Source: Bacillota bacterium
GTDB taxonomy: Bacteria > Bacillota > Sulfobacillia > JAJZYS01 > JAJYTV01
DNA length: 64,000 nucleotides
Assembly (NCBI GenBank): GCA_021799275.1
Contig: JAJZAT010000003.1
Span: forward strand, 9,708-73,707
Direction: 5' to 3'
Below, piece by piece: positions 63,984 through 64,000 of this stretch (position 1 is its first letter; each line of letters opens with the position of its first letter). The position numbers and the translations under genes were made by a program. The notes below the pieces were generated by a model. The model saw nothing but the letters and a program-made list of their open reading frames with translations, did no database searches and had not been told where the DNA came from.

Positions 63984-64000
63984 CTGAGGCTCGGCGCTTT

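Noticed and set aside
1-63999. CRISPR arrays, insertion sequences, prophage or integrase genes, tRNA and rRNA genes
   Set aside because: No arrays of short direct repeats with spacers were seen. No transposase, integrase or recombinase-like ORFs were found. No rRNA-like conserved stretches or tRNA cloverleaf candidates were noticed on visual inspection. tRNA absence is not proven without running tRNAscan.

Overview
This is a 64 kb window of a very high-GC (~70%) bacterial chromosome, densely packed with genes and with no CRISPR arrays, transposases, integrases, rRNA or tRNA genes detected. Many six-frame ORFs are wrong-frame or antisense artefacts typical of GC-rich DNA. Real genes were chosen by protein-family signatures, Shine-Dalgarno motifs and ATGA/GTGA translational coupling. 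Several features suggest a high-GC Gram-positive-type organism, possibly a Symbiobacterium/Thermaerobacter-like Firmicute, although an actinobacterium cannot be excluded. These are a DivIVA domain protein, a Bacillus-like hflX-ynbB...glnA gene order, a tryptophanase/tyrosine phenol-lyase gene, and GTG/TTG start codons.

The window falls into four blocks:
1. Positions 1-22.8 kb hold an exopolysaccharide (Pel-like) locus. It encodes a lytic transglycosylase, a GalE/PelX-like 4-epimerase, a prepilin peptidase and a PelF-type DUF3492 family-4 glycosyltransferase. Next come a 12-helix PelG-like membrane protein and three translationally coupled, paralogous ~650-residue polytopic membrane proteins of unknown family. 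A convergent operon then encodes a DUF3473/CE4-type polysaccharide deacetylase, an ATP-grasp ligase, a family-2 glycosyltransferase, a GH114-like hydrolase, an HD-GYP phosphodiesterase, a polytopic membrane protein, and a DivIVA-domain protein with a long acidic, proline-rich disordered linker.
2. Positions 23-30 kb hold an ECF sigma factor, anti-sigma factor and SIMPL protein operon, an MpaA-like M14 peptidase, tryptophanase, lexA and a lipoprotein.
3. Positions 30-38.6 kb hold the arginine deiminase operon arcABC, glnA, a GNAT acetyltransferase, a ynbB-like gene and hflX.
4. Positions 38.7-64 kb hold an S9 peptidase, a methyltransferase, an aldo-keto reductase and a GntR regulator. They also hold a ~21 kb same-strand catabolic island, which encodes ETF, a TcuA-like and a second FAD enzyme, a LeuCD-like dehydratase and an MFS transporter. 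It further encodes two Asp/Glu-racemase-family paralogs, the tripartite tricarboxylate transporter TctABC, an isocitrate-lyase-family enzyme, short-chain dehydrogenases, metallo-beta-lactamase-fold hydrolases and an MmgE/PrpD protein. The island most likely degrades an unidentified tri- or dicarboxylate.

The most unusual content is the Pel-like locus. It combines the PelF and PelG core with separately encoded hydrolase and deacetylase genes (the two activities that PelA fuses in known systems), c-di-GMP turnover, a DivIVA-domain protein, and the tandem trio of uncharacterised large membrane proteins.
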